Assembly: GCF_036321535.1 (NCBI RefSeq)
Contig: NC_087437.1
Span: 9,550,001-9,614,000, forward strand
Length of the DNA: 64,000 nucleotides
Source: Camelus dromedarius
Lineage: Eukaryota
Direction: 5' to 3'
A program made the translations under genes and the position numbers. Below the pieces are notes generated by a model. The model saw nothing but the letters and a program-made list of their open reading frames with translations. It ran no database searches and had not been told where the DNA came from. Of this stretch, positions 36,858-50,050 are shown in pieces. The first letter of the stretch is position 1, and the number at the start of each line of letters is the position of its first letter.

Positions 36858-38857
36858 TGACAGCTTTCCACGTTGACCATGAACACATGCCTCTCTGGCA
36901 AAAGCAACAGAAGCCATGAAGTCCACTCTGGGTGCACACGAATAGAGATTAAATATGGCATTTCAGACTTGTGCAGTCATGAGCAGAAGGTCATGAGAAA
37001 TTAGGGGATCGACATTAGAGATCTATTGGGAACTTTATCTTACCCTCAAAGACACACATCGTCACTCAACATGAGCTTTTCTGGAATTTGTTTTTTACTT
37101 TTTCAAACCAATCAAGAGTGTGTCAGCATGCTCAATGGCTTTCCAAAGTTGGTATCCCCATTTATGCATATTAACTATGAAGAGTAGATCTTGCTGTTTC
37201 AAGAAAACAAAATGTAGTGCATTTCTATGGGGTTATTGAGAATACATCTAAGACGTATGGTTACGAAGGTTCATTTCCTAAATGTGTAATACTGTATGTA
37301 CAACACATAGTCCAAGAAACCACTTTGATTGTGTGACCTTGGCAAAGTCCTGTCATCTATCTGGATTTATGTTTATTTTCACTTCTGTACAATGAAGGGG
37401 TGAGACCAGATAAAGCCCCATGACGTAGAACAACATACATCATAGTTATCTTATGGATCAGAAGCTCTATTCTTATTAACTAGACATTTTCTCTTTTTAT
37501 TATTACCTAATACTTTCTTTTCTTTTGTCATACTAGATTTGGAGAAAGGACAGGTGCTAATGAAAGAATGCGGTCCCCTTGAGACACAGAGCTGACACTC
37601 TAAATATATCCATTTCTCTTCAGTAGAATGGATTTGACAGAAGGAATGTTCCAGAAGCTGGGGTTGTCGGGAAAACATTAGGAAGAAAAAGAACAATTGA
37701 AAAGGGAAAAATAAAGAAAGGAGGCTAGGATTCATCTCACTAACATTTTAACAAACAATCTAAAATAGGTAAAAAATACTTTTCAGTGAATGAAGTTGAA
37801 CACATCTTTGACTTTTGTGGAAACAGCTGTATGTTAGAAATTATGCCTGTAGAGAACCTTGGATTTTCAAAGGACCTTGATCATCAATACCATTTTCCCC
37901 ACTCAGAGTCCAAGAGTGGCCCTTAACATACAAGACAAAAATGACTAAACCTGTCTTGATTATTTTACTTTTGTAAAGAAAAAGGCACAAGGACAACTTC
38001 ACATCACTGTCCCTCTGCATGTTTAAGCCAAGCTGTGATTAAGATTTTAGAGAAAAACATTCACAGACGGCAGCAGGGCTCTCTCTCATCACGTAAAGGC
38101 TAAATTTTATCCAAGGCTGCATTTATTCACGTACTTTAACTTGTCAGCGTCAGGCGATCTTTCTCAATTTCAAGCCAGGGTGCACTTCTCAACCTACGAA
38201 GGGCTGATAGAATAATGGATTTGCCCAGGGAATCTAAACCCCTCTGAGGCTGGTGAAAAAACTGTAAAGTTGGGAAAACAGATGATAGAAGTCCACAGCA
38301 TCAGAAAAATTATCTCAAACTTGGACACAATGTGCAAAGGTGGTAGCATATCATTTCAGTGTCATCTGGGGACAGAGGTCAAAGACAATCTACAGGAATA
38401 TGCTCAGCTCAGCACTGATTTACGGTCGATTAAGAGTCTCAAACTTAGCGAAGTCACCGGTTTACTTGTTCACTTAATGATTTTTGTCTCAAAGAGGTCC
38501 AAGTTTTTTTTTTTTTTTTCCTGAAGCAGATAATTCCAAAATGTATGGCCTTTTGGACGCCAACCAGTAATTAAAAAAAAAATTTATCTCAACTATCTTA
38601 ACCTAATATGTCTTTGTCAAATAGTCCTATATAACTAATTTTTCAGATGCTCTCTGACTTAGTCATAACATCTTACTTCTTGTATCTTTAACTAATGGGT
38701 TAAATGACATAAAAGATTCCACAGGTTTGTTCCGTATTTGCCCGACAATCATGATTTTACCTTTTGGGAATTATATTTTAACAAGAGGATCAAGATGTTA
38801 AATGGAGACTGCAAATTTCTGGGTTTTTAAAAAAAAGAAATTTAAAACAAAAAGGCT

Positions 38858-39160
38858 GAAAACAAACTATGGTTACCAAAGGGGAAAGAGTGGGGAAGGG
38901 ATAAATTAGGAGTTTGGGGTTAACAGACACACATTATTGTATATAAAATAGATAAACAACGAGGACCTACTGTAGAGCACAGGGAACTATATTCAATTTC
39001 TTGTAATGAGCTGTAATGGAAAAGAATCTGAAAAAAAAAAGTGTATGTTTATGTATAACTGAATTGCTTTGCTGTACACCTGAAACTAACATTGTAAATC
39101 AACTACACTTCAATAATAAACAAACAAACAAACAAACAAACAAATAAATAAATAAATAAA
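38858..39160 (+). mobile_element. L1 3'UTR fragment with (CAAA)n(TAAA)n tail
   Basis: GAAAACAAACTATGGTTACCAAAGGGGAAAG..GCACAGGGAACTATATTCAA..CTTCAATAA. Confidence 0.9.
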
Positions 39161-39944
39161 AGGGCGGAGCCATGTAACTGGAGGTTATATGAACCACGAG
39201 GACTTGGGACAAAAAGCTACGAAGAAATGTTGTGGAAGTGGATTCCAGCCCTGAAATAAGATGCCGTGTTGTGCATATAGCCCCTTCAACACAGAAGGCA
39301 CTTCCCCTCCACAGGCTTGGCTCTCATAACCCAGCAAATGACCCTTTCCTCTGCAGGGTTGTCAGTACTCCCCCAAGTTTTATTTCCTTCAAATCATTTG
39401 CTCCCTCCTTCTTCAAAGCACCTGCTAGTTTGTACTGTCATTGATCTGTTTAAGTGTGATGACAGGCTCCTTCTCTGCTCCAAGCCCGTGGCGAGCTCCC
39501 CTCCACGCAGGGCCAGTGTTGGCTGGCCCAGCACCGACAGAAGATGAACATGGAAAGAGGCACAGTGTTGCTCCTTGACTTACGGATTCTCAGCTGCTGG
39601 CTTCCCAGTGGGGTTTTTTCTTGGACAGTTTAAGCTCTGCCCTCCCCCTCCCCAGGGCAAAGACCTAAATAAGAGATCCCCACATGACCGCCCCCTCCTC
39701 CAGTCTTCACCACCACCTACGGCCTGACGAGCATTCGCTGTAGAACTTTCAGGGTGGATCCAGTTCTCGCCCCCACTTTCTTCTCTTACTTCTGATTTCC
39801 TTTCTGATCTTGCCTTCACCCAATATGCTCTCTTTGGTTTCTGTGGGCTCCTTTCCCACAGACGTGGGCCAGCGCCCCTCTCTTCCCATGCCCAGCCTTG
39901 GCTCCGGAACCACAGGTTTGGCCAGAGACTCAGGCTGTTCAAAA

Positions 39945-40287
39945 GTTAAGACAAATGAACTTATTTACAAAACAGAAACAGAGTCACAGGCATAGAAAAC
40001 AAACTATGGTCACCAAAGGGAAAAGAAAGAGGGGAGGGATAAATTAGGAGCTTGGGATTAACAGATACACACTATTATATATAAAATGGATAAACAACAA
40101 GGACCTACTGTATAGCTCAGGGAACTATATTCAATATCTTGCAATGACCTACAATGGAAAATAATCTAAAAAAGACATATATATATACATATAGCTGAAT
40201 CACTTTGCTGTACACCTGAAGTTAACACAGAATTGTAGATCAACTGTAATTCAATAAAAATAAATTTAAAAAAAGAAAAAAAAAAAC
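39945..40287 (+). mobile_element. L1 3'UTR fragment
   Basis: ACAAATGAACTTATTTACAAAACAGAAACAGA..TCAATAAAAA + poly-A. Confidence 0.9.
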
Positions 40288-40699
40288 CAGAACAACAGGC
40301 CCAGAAAGACTTTTTCTCATGGAAGGAAAACAAACCATGGAAATAAAAACAACAAGGGGCCTGTGAAAGGGCAAAAATTTTAAAGAACAGAGGACATTAT
40401 ATTCAACATGAAGAGGCAAAAAAACATGTTTAAAATAGTACTGATAAAAACTGGGGAAAAAGTTATTTGTTTACTTTCTTAATATATTTTAGGAAAGCAA
40501 GAACTTTTGGAAACAAGAAAAGAAAGATAAGACCAAGATGCAACGGAATGGGTTGAAAATTAGATGGGGATTATGAAACATCGTGAAGAAAAGAAAAATG
40601 TCATGGCAGGATGCAAAGCTGCCTTGGAAACAGGAAAGAGTCTGCCCTATTGACATTACCTAAGAAGCAAGTGCCTTTTCTGTTGAAAATGGTGTTATG

Positions 40700-41015
40700 C
40701 TGTATATCATTTGTCTGTTCTAACAAACAATTCCGGATGCCTACCGTGAATGTCAAATGTTGACGTTCAACATTTGAGGATAAATGCTGAGAATCCCAGT
40801 TTGTAAAGAAATCACCTGCAGGGGGGGAGGCGGAATGGACATATTGTAACGGGCTGAGTTCTCAAATTACTGAAGGTCCGTGAAGGAAGCCTGAACTATC
40901 CATGGGATGAGGGAGGTCTTCACATAGGATGTAACCTGTAAATTAGGTCTTGTGAAAGAGACAGACTTGGCCAGACTCTGGAGGGATGAAGAAGATTCCA
41001 TGGAAAGAAAACAGC
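40700..41015 (-). mobile_element. L2 fragment
   Basis: TAACAAACAATTCCGGATGCCTACCG..GAGGGAGGTCTTCACATAGGATGTAAC..GAAAGAAAACAGCAGGGGCAAAG. Confidence 0.5.
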
Positions 41016-42822
41016 AGGGGCAAAGTTCTCAAATCCATCTCCACCTAGATTTCGTAACTCGTAGTATCCTGGTTATTAACATGGTGAGGCATCATTTTAG
41101 CTCCTTCGAAAACCTTGGCCTGAGAAACACACCCACCCACGTGTCAACGTTATGACAATTTCAGCTGGTAAAAAATGGTAGTTGTACTGCAGAATGGGAG
41201 GCTTATTTTTCCCATGGGCTAGCTCTATTTCATATAGCAAATAATCACAAATTTTGTAGCCTATTAGAAAGTTACAGAAAACTCAAACTATTTTTTTAAT
41301 ATGGTAAAACAAAGCAGAGGTGCAGGTCCCATTATTTAAACTACTTTTTTCTCTAAAGATCTCAGTGTCTAAACAAAGAGTTAATCGCTCATCAATAGTT
41401 CATGTGTAGAAAACACAGATGTTCAAGTTCTTTAAATAACTTCTCTTCCTACAGAATGGCCACGTCCTGTGAGATAGAAGTTCATCCGAATGGAATATGG
41501 ATTGCATATGGAAGCAATCACATCCTATTTTTGGAACCACTTAGCAGAATTCTGTCACCACACAAAATACTACAGCCCCCACCCTGTGCCCAACTTTCCG
41601 TTTTTTATTTTTTGGTATGCAGCAAGTATTCAGTTTAATAACACAAAATAACTCTGATGTTCTAAGAATCCAGCAACATTTCATTTTCCATTATGTCAGG
41701 TGGGGATAAAATGGGACTAAATATGGCTGATAAGAGCATTAGAAAACGTGTCCTCTTGCAGGTGGGAATCTTTACTGGTCACGGAATCTTTGAAACGATC
41801 CTTTTATCTCTAAATATAGCTGCACATTGAGCTCCCTAGTCAAATTTTAAAAAAGAGAAGGTTAATCGATGGGCATTCAAACTCTGTTTCATCCTGGGAA
41901 TCTCCTGTTCAATGCTCTGAATGAAGTGCCCTGAAGTCACCACCCAGTCTCCCAAGGGTACCTGCGGCAGGACCTGGTGGTAATTGTCAGGGAGAAAGGA
42001 CGCTGTGTGTAGAGGAGGAAGACACTTAATTCCGAGAATTATTTTTTAAAACATCACTAAAACTTAATGGGTTTCAGTTTCCTTAATGAAAAACAGGACT
42101 ACTAGTGAGACTGTACTATGCAACAAGGAAAAATGAGAATATATACGGGCAAGTCTTTATGAATAATGCATCATTCTTTGCATGTGGGAGAAGAAATGGA
42201 CAAGAAATTGCTTTTGAGCCCCTGACAGTTAACACACAAAACTAAAGATGGCTGGAGAAAAGGTATAAGCTGATTTTCAGATACTAATACTGTTTAGCTA
42301 ACTGCTGCATTTCCAAGTGTGTGTAGACCCAACTAGCTATGGGTTAAACATGTATTTAACACACACACACTCACATACACACACTTCCAGTTGTCTTCCT
42401 TCTTCCTGAACCATTACTGTCCTATTTCACTCTCCAGTAGGACTGCTCTGCCACCCAAAGAGCGATGTGGCTGCAGGGTTGCATTCAGCCGTTTAGTTCA
42501 CTGTTGGAAATGGTAAGTTTGCCAGACATTCTACCCGTTCCATGTGTTTATTATGTAGGTCCCATCTGTTCCATGGAGTTGTCAGGTCTCTGAAATTGGT
42601 AAGAGTTGCTTATTAAAAGCTGTTAAAATAATCACCTTGAAATTTCTCAGCTCAGCCACCTTTTAAGATGTCAAAATACAGAGAGCTTTTGCACTTTAAA
42701 CTCTTTTAAACATTGTCTCCTTTGCTCGCTGCTAAAAATACAAATACTAAAAAAAAAAAAAAAAAAAAAAGGAATTTACTACTTTCAGAACACTATTAAA
42801 ATTTTTATTTAAAAAATGATAT

Positions 42823-42955
42823 CCAGTACCCTGTAATAACTTATAATGAAAAATAATATGAGAAAGAATACATTTATGTGTAACTGAATCACTATGCTGT
42901 ACACCAGAAACTAATACAACATAGTAAATCAGCTATACTTCAAGTAAAAAAAAAA
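42823..42955 (+). mobile_element. Short L1 3' tip
   Basis: TAACTGAATCACTATGCTGTACACCAGAAACTAATACAAC; probable TSD AAAAAATGATAT / AAAAAATTATAT. Confidence 0.85.
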
Positions 42956-44084
42956 TTATATATACCTGCTCCAGTGCAATGAGTTAAAAGTCTTTTAAAG
43001 TCTAACCAGCAATCCGAAAACACATTCAGAGACCAGTAATCACTGACTCAAGCATAATAACATTCATGTGTGAATGAACAGGTATGATTTATAGGTCAAA
43101 ATCTGGATGTGGAAACCTGGGGTGGGACATGGGTTAAGGGACGGGAAACAAAAGAGGCTTCTGCTGGAGAAAGCAGGAGTGAACGCACAGAACGTTACAT
43201 ATATTTCCTGAAGAGAAAATGATGGCATTTGCAGAACAAAATAAATATGACTCATAATTGCAAAAGGTAGGGTAAATAGGCTTTAAATTACATTTAGTTG
43301 TAGACTTTCATCAGGTTTGATGGCTAAGTATTTATATGCATTTGTTTAAAAGAAAAAAATAAATATAATAATCTTTAATTAGTATTTGAAAAACTGCACT
43401 GTATTTTCTAAAATTCCCAAGAAAGAACTGTGTAGTGTTTGGACTGTGCTATGTGTTGAGAGAGGATGCTAATGAGGAGAAAGGGGAAATTTCTGTGTTT
43501 TTCAAATAATAAGGTTTAACAGTCTCTTACACATAATATTGAAGCTTCTAAAACGCAAAATGATTTGTGAATAATAATGATTCTAAAAACTGCAACTATT
43601 TAGGTAATTATCAACCATAACAAAATTGCTGTTTTTAAATAAACTTAAAAAAATAATTTGATGTGCTCTCGTTAGCTCTCGTTTTCGTATGTAATACATG
43701 GTATAAGAAATAGTGGTAAAACTTATTGCTGAGCTTCTAAGTGAAATCGAAGAAAATGTCGTGTTTTGTAGATTGCCGGTTTCACGGTGACACTGTGCAC
43801 CCTGTGATGAGGCTAAGTTGTGTGGAGGCTGGACACTTGAGTTCACATTCTCACTCTGCCATCACAGGATCTTAAGGTTTTGTATTGGCGGTCCGGCATA
43901 TTCCTAACAGTCACCTCGTCAAGTTGTTTTGAGAATCAAATGATCTAAAATGATGCCCATGACTCATTCAACAGGACAAATTGGAAGGGCTCAGCATTTT
44001 TTAGCATTCTTTTGAAAGAGCTACATTGCAGAAGCTGTACAGTTGTTGGTTTTTTTTTAACATTTTGACTGAATCGTATTTATT

Positions 44085-44295
44085 TTTCAGCTTTATTAAA
44101 GTGTAACTGACATCTAACATTGTATCAGTTTAAGGTGTACAACATGATGATATGATACAAGCATACATTGAGAAATGATAACCACAAAAGGGTTAGTTAA
44201 CATTTCCAATAACTCACATAATTACCTTTTATGTCTGTGTGTGTGTGTGTGTGTGTGTGTATGTTAAGAACATTTAAGGTCTACTCTCTTAGCAT
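44085..44295 (-). mobile_element. L1MA8/9-like 3' tip containing (TG)n at 44236-44260
   Basis: TTTAAGGTGTACAACATGATGA..GGTTAGTTAACA..GAACATTTAAGGTCTACTCTCTTAGCA. Confidence 0.8.
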
Positions 44296-44659
44296 TGTAC
44301 AATTTTTACTTCCATTAAAATTCAAATTAATGTAATGTTTCCCTATTTCACTATTCGCCAACAAGTTATTTTATCAAAATTAGAGTGATCTGAAAGATTT
44401 ACCGTGTATCAATAAGTAGGTATTTATCATACTTGGAAATCAAGCCAAGGTTTAGAGAGACGTGTATTTTATAAGAGATTTCTAAAAAATTGCAGTGTGC
44501 TCACTCTTGTTAAGTTTCTCAGAAGCCATAGATGATAGTAAAATGGATATTTATGACTACATCAAACTAAAAACATACTTGAGAGTGATTTAGGACTTTG
44601 GAAATAAAATTAATGAGAGTTGAAACCAAAATAAGATCGTATTTCTGTGTTAAACAGTA

Positions 44660-44998
44660 CTCAGACTAAACAAAATTAACCTAGTTTCTTGCTCCACAGA
44701 ATACTTGCTCCTGGAGTCTAAGACCGTAAATCATCTAGAGCTTATTTACCAAGAGTGTTTGCTTATTAAGACTCACCTTGCTTTGCTGTCCCCATCAACC
44801 CATTTCTCTGCCTTGCAAGACCTGTCAAAATTGTCCAGCCCCGTCCTGACCACTGGTTGAACGCCCTTCCCTGATTTCCTACTCTGAGACGTTATTAACT
44901 CTAAGTGATACACTCCTTTGCTGTAGGAGCTCTCATAACCTTAGCTTGGCTTCATCAACAGATTTTTCTAGTGCGCTTTCAGAGAGTCGACAGTTGAC
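44660..44998 (+). mobile_element. Old ERV1 LTR (MER90/MER31-like)
   Basis: CTGAGACGTTATT..CTTAGCTTGGCTTCATCAACAGATTTTTCT..GAGAGTCGACAGTTGAC end. Confidence 0.5.
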
Positions 44999-46059
44999 TT
45001 GAATTTTTAAGACATCTCTTGTGGTATCTGGGGAGATAAGATATGGAAATCTTACATCCTGTTGATGTTCAAAGGGGAAGTGTTCCTCCCATTGGTGTAT
45101 GGATGCACCCTGATACGTGCAGGGGAAACTGAACAGTCATGCTTTGATCTGGAAGCTGGGTGCCATTCAAAGCAATCCAGAAGATTGCTCTCTAGTGCAC
45201 AGAAGTCAGGAGATGGTTGTCTAACTGTGCATCAGTAGGAAATGGATACCATTAGAACTCCTCCCAACCCCCCCCCCCCCCCCGCTTTTGGAACCTAAAC
45301 AAGAAAAAAAAATTCAATTAATTATATTATATTTCACAATATACTGAGAGAAATTATGCTACCGCTACAGAAAAGCTGTTATAAGGTCGACCAAATTCCT
45401 ACTCCATCATTTGCCCCGTGACTCTTGAACACTCCTCTGAAATAGCACTTGGCTCCCTACCAAGAATATGCAGAAAGATCTTAAACTCTCTTGGTTTCGA
45501 GACAAACAGAATTGCAAAAACGATAAGAAAAGAGTAAATTGTTCACTTTCCTGGAAGGGATTCTCACTTTTTCTGACCAGAGGATAATCTCTCTGGACCA
45601 GGGTTCTAGAAAAGCCCTCTGGAAGAGCGACTGAACCAAACTGAGTCTTCTCATGGCGAGGCAATGTTCCTCCAAGTGTGCATAATTGGCTACCTTCTCA
45701 CCAGGAGAAAGAATCCTCATGACCATGGGTGAAGGAAGGTCTGGGAGAGGAGAGTGACACCAGGCAGTGTTGCAGGGTGTCCTCCTTATAAATGGGACCT
45801 TGACCTACTGGATATAATTCTCGTAGCTCTATTTTCCACATATAAAACTATTTCCTCTCATTACATGGCTGCTGTTGTATGAAACGACTCACTAGAAAAA
45901 TTCATTACACTCCACTTCCCAAACCTCATGTCAGAGGGAGCCTACCTACATGAATTTCTGAGTTTCTTATTGCTAATGCATTGAAAAGCACTGCCTAAAT
46001 GATGACTGTCTTCCAGGTATTATTGCCATCCTTAAAGTGATGGCTTTTCATATTCCTAT

Positions 46060-46595
46060 CATAATAGAAAAGAACAAGCCTGACTCCATATTAGATCTGT
46101 TCCTCTGGCCTTAACCCTGTGCCCTGCTTTCTGGGCTTAATCTTGCTGGCTCTGCACCTTTTGTAAAAGAATGTTGCCTACAGCCTGGAATATACAGGAG
46201 AGCCTATTTTCAGGGCTCTGACCTTTAAGGATATTAATACTTTTGTACGCATATAAAGATAACAAGTTGCAGGATAGAAAATAATGTTTGTTTTGTTGAA
46301 GGTTTTACAGGAGCACCATGACCTGACCCACGTGGACAGCTGCAAGAACAAAGGATTCTAAGGACAAAGAATTCTGACACCAAGAAGTTTGCAACAACCA
46401 ACCACACCCCTCCCTTTTTAGTATAAAAGGAGCCTGAATGCTGACTTGGGGAAGATGGTTCTCCAGAACATTAGTCCCCCAGCTTCTCGGTCTGCCAGCT
46501 TTCCGAATAAAGTCATCATTCCTTGCCCCAACACTTTATCTCCCGACTTATTGGCCTGTCATGCAGTGAGCAGAAAGAATTTGGACTCAGTAACA
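46060..46595 (+). mobile_element. Solo ERV1 LTR (MER4-group, MER41/LTR39-like)
   Basis: Perfect TSD CTAT (46056-46059 / 46596-46599); TATAAAA 46422, AATAAA 46506; ends GGACTCAGTAACA; the 5' TG reads CA. Confidence 0.88.
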
Positions 46596-48419
46596 CTATA
46601 GGAAAGGTGGATTTCTACAAACCAATGCTCATATCATTTTATTTTGGGGAAGCTTTTCAATCAAAAGCTTTGTCTTTAGGAAACTGTAAATCCAAAGTCC
46701 TTTGCCGTTCCTTTTGTTCATGCAAAGGTTATTGTGTTTCTTTCAATTTGGGATGAAAGTATCAAATGCTTGGTTTTTTCTACAGAGAGATTAGAACTCT
46801 TCCTTGGTAAGGATTAGTCATTCCACCTCCCTTACTACCGTGGCCATCCTCCCAGCCTTTGATCACAATGCTAATTCATCATAGACCCACACCTCATAAT
46901 GATCCATCTGTTTCGATTTCCTCATCAGGAGTTGTTAAAATTAGGCAAGGATTTGTTGGTTGGTTATTTTTATTCACAGTCACATTAACGCAAGCCCTAA
47001 AGTAATCAGCTTCTATTCTGTGGCCTTTCATGCCGGGTGAACAGATTTGCAGCTTGTTTGGTTTATCTAGGCTCATGCTTGCAAGGCAGCTGTTAGGAAT
47101 TTAGTTAATAAAACCCTCTTCCTCTGGGGAACTGGGCTCCGTCCAGTCACAGGGAGACACATGTAGCCCACAGTTTCACACTGAACGCATTTGAAATCAC
47201 TCTTCTTCTGGTTTGTTTGTTTTTGTTTTGGGGCTTTTTAAAAAACAAAGCCGGCTCCAGAATTTTGGTGGGCAGGCTCTCTGAAACTACCTGATTCAAG
47301 CACATCAAAACATCGCCACTGTGTTTCTTATTTTAATTTTCCTGAAGGCAGAGGGTGGACACATCATATTATATTTTTGAGATGAATCACTTTGACTTCA
47401 AGTGTTAGGAAGTAGCTGATCTTAATGTTCTTAAACCTGTCTTCTGTTCAGTGTTTCTACTGAACATTTTCTAGGGAGAGATCGGTCTTACCTGTCTTTT
47501 TCAAATATTGAAGAAATGAAAATATACGAGATTAAACCTTTTCTCATTTGATTATGTCCCTGCCAAAAGATCATATCAGTGAAAACTCATTCAAATACCT
47601 CATTAAAATTCCATCCCTAGATGCACAAACTTAATTGGCATGAAGTCAAGATCCATGATTATTTAAATTATGAACATTTCTAGAAACAGAAGTTTATGAT
47701 GAAAGGCATGTATTTATACTGGATCAGTCTACCGGGTTGGAAGGGACAATAAAAACAAATACTGTGTATTTTTGCCAAAAAGAAAGTAAAATATAAAATT
47801 ATGAACCTATAGCATCTTTCAAACAAAAGATTTTATTTAAAACCTCTTAAATGCTCTTTGGTTTATTTGTATTGAAAGGAAGATAAAGTCTTTCTTGTAT
47901 GAAAAGTTCAGATCAAATCTAACACAATTGTAATGAATTACCCTGATGTTTAGCAAAAATAGTTTTGAACATTAAAAAAAAAAGTTAAAAAAGTCAATGC
48001 AAAGCATTTTCAAAATTAGTATGTGTGCAGATACCATGAACATGGGGGGATGTTTGAGACTTGGTTAGTGAGGGGTCAGTGCAACTATGTTCACTAGAAA
48101 ACCAGAGTGTGAAAATAAGAATTAGTAAAAACATTTTGTCATTCTATTCATATGGAATATTTTTCTTGGCACCCAGGGCCCTGGGGTGGTATATCTACAC
48201 AGTACTGTAGTTAACTGGGTATAAGATAAATACTTTCAAAATCTCAGAGAAAGGGTTAATAGGTCATTGAAATTCCACACACTGTAGAACCACTGACACT
48301 GCTTTTCACTTCCCAAAAGGCATCTTGGGTTGAAATTATTTTTATTTTTTAAAGATTGGTATTATTATGATCGTAGGTATTTGTTACTGGGAGATGATGC
48401 AAATAAAATTATAAATATG

Positions 48420-48810
48420 AAACATGATATCACATACGTGGAATCTAAAAAAAGACACAAATGAACTTATTTACAAGATAGAAACAGACATACAGACAAA
48501 AAACAAACTTATGGTTACTAGGGGAGAGGGAGTGGGAAGGGATAAATTAGGAGTTTGAGATTTGCAGACACTAATTGCTATATATAAAATAGATAAACAA
48601 CAAGTTTAATACTGTATACCACAGGGAACTATATTCAGTAACTTGTAGTAACTTATGGTGAAAAAAATATGAAAACTAATATATGTATGTTCATGTATGA
48701 CTGAAACATTACACTGTGCACCAGAAATTGACACAATATTGTAAACTGACTAGACTGCAATAAAAAAAAAAAACTAAAGAAAACCGAAACCAAAAAAAAA
48801 AAAAAAAACC
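48420..48810 (+). mobile_element. L1 ORF2-stop/3'UTR fragment with poly-A
   Basis: ATGATATCACATACGTGGAATCTAAAAAAAGACACAAATGAAC..CCAGAAATTGACAC..CAATAAAAAAAA. Confidence 0.9.
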
Positions 48811-49314
48811 CAAAAACCCCATGGGACAGCTTTGCGTATCTTGAGAAATGCTGTCATGCTCTTCGTCCACATAGGTGTTTCTTTCTCATTTTCATTCCTT
48901 TAATCTTGTTTTAACTATTATTTTTTTCTGTTATCAGGGAAAATGAATTAATAGGTTTCCCTCTACATACTGTCTGTATTGGTGATTTGTATTAGTGGTT
49001 ACAGGAAAACAACTGGTTCATTCAAGAGACTGGAAACTACTCCCCTCTGTCCCACAATAAAACGAAAAAACACCAAGACGAACAACAAAAGTGGTACATA
49101 TCCCTATACGCGGACACCAGGGGGGCCGGCTGGAGGGAGCTCAAAGACGGCAGAAAAGCCAGGGTAGGCTGGTCAGCAGAAAGCAAAGATGCTGTTCATA
49201 CTTCCTACCTTTTATGGAACTCGGGGCAAAGGGAGGGCTATTGGAAAAATTCTGTCCCTAGTGTATGAGCTCCAACATATACAACAAGAGATGACTTGAA
49301 AATGATGGTTTCCT

Positions 49315-49452
49315 GGGGAAGGGAGGGTTTAGCTCAGTGGTAGAATGCGTGCTTAGCACGCGCAAGGTCCTGGGTTCAACCCCCAGTACCTCCATTAAGT
49401 AATAAAATAAATAAGTAGTTAATAAATAAATGAAGAAATAAACCCCCAAAAA
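49315..49452 (+). mobile_element. tRNA-derived SINE (Vic-1-like)
   Basis: TAGCTCAGTGGTAGA A box, GGTTCAACCCC B box, A-rich tail; degenerate TSD ending TTTCCTG on both sides. Confidence 0.88.
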
Positions 49453-49740
49453 AGAGATTTTCCTGCTGAGACCACCATGGCCATTCATTGCTCTTATTAT
49501 ACCGGTGGCTTAAAAGCAAAACTGGTTCCACAAAATTCTAGCTTAAAACCAAAAGGGATAACCAATGACAGCCAGGTATACATTAGGTTTTGTTTTTCTA
49601 ACCTCTTTCTTTAATATCAGAAGTGATTCTCTCTAAATTTCCACAAACATTGAAGGTATGCAGGGCTACATCAAGGTTTAATATAGATAACAAATTCAGT
49701 TTGATATCAATCTAAAAATTTAGGTTAATGTAAATATTAA

Positions 49741-50050
49741 GAAAAATGACACAAGTGAACTTATTTAGAAAACAGAAAGAGACTTATAGAGATTGAAAAC
49801 AAATTTATGGTTACCAAGGGAGAAAGGGGGGAGGGAGGGAAAAATTGGGAGTTTGGGATTAACACATACATACGACTATATGTAATATAGATAAACAGCA
49901 TGGTCCTCTGGTATAGCACAGGGAAGTATATGCAATGGCTTACAGCAACATGTAATGAAAAAGAATATGAAAAAGAATATTATGTACATATAACTGAATC
50001 ACTATGCTGTACACAAGAAACTAATATAACATTGTAAATCAAAAAAAAAG
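49741..50050 (+). mobile_element. L1 3'UTR fragment
   Basis: GACACAAGTGAACTTATTTAGAAAACAGAAA..TAACTGAATCACTATGCTGTACAC. Confidence 0.88.

Noticed and set aside
40470..40640. Possible exon after a pyrimidine tract and AG at about 40492
   Set aside because: Stop codons interrupt the frames examined and no clear donor follows; better explained as a decayed LINE relic
44770..44782. Strong minus-strand splice donor (AAG|GTGAGT)
   Set aside because: Inside an old LTR, with no matching acceptor or ORF identified
45263..45284. Poly-C/G run as a functional G-quadruplex
   Set aside because: Isolated homopolymer with no supporting context
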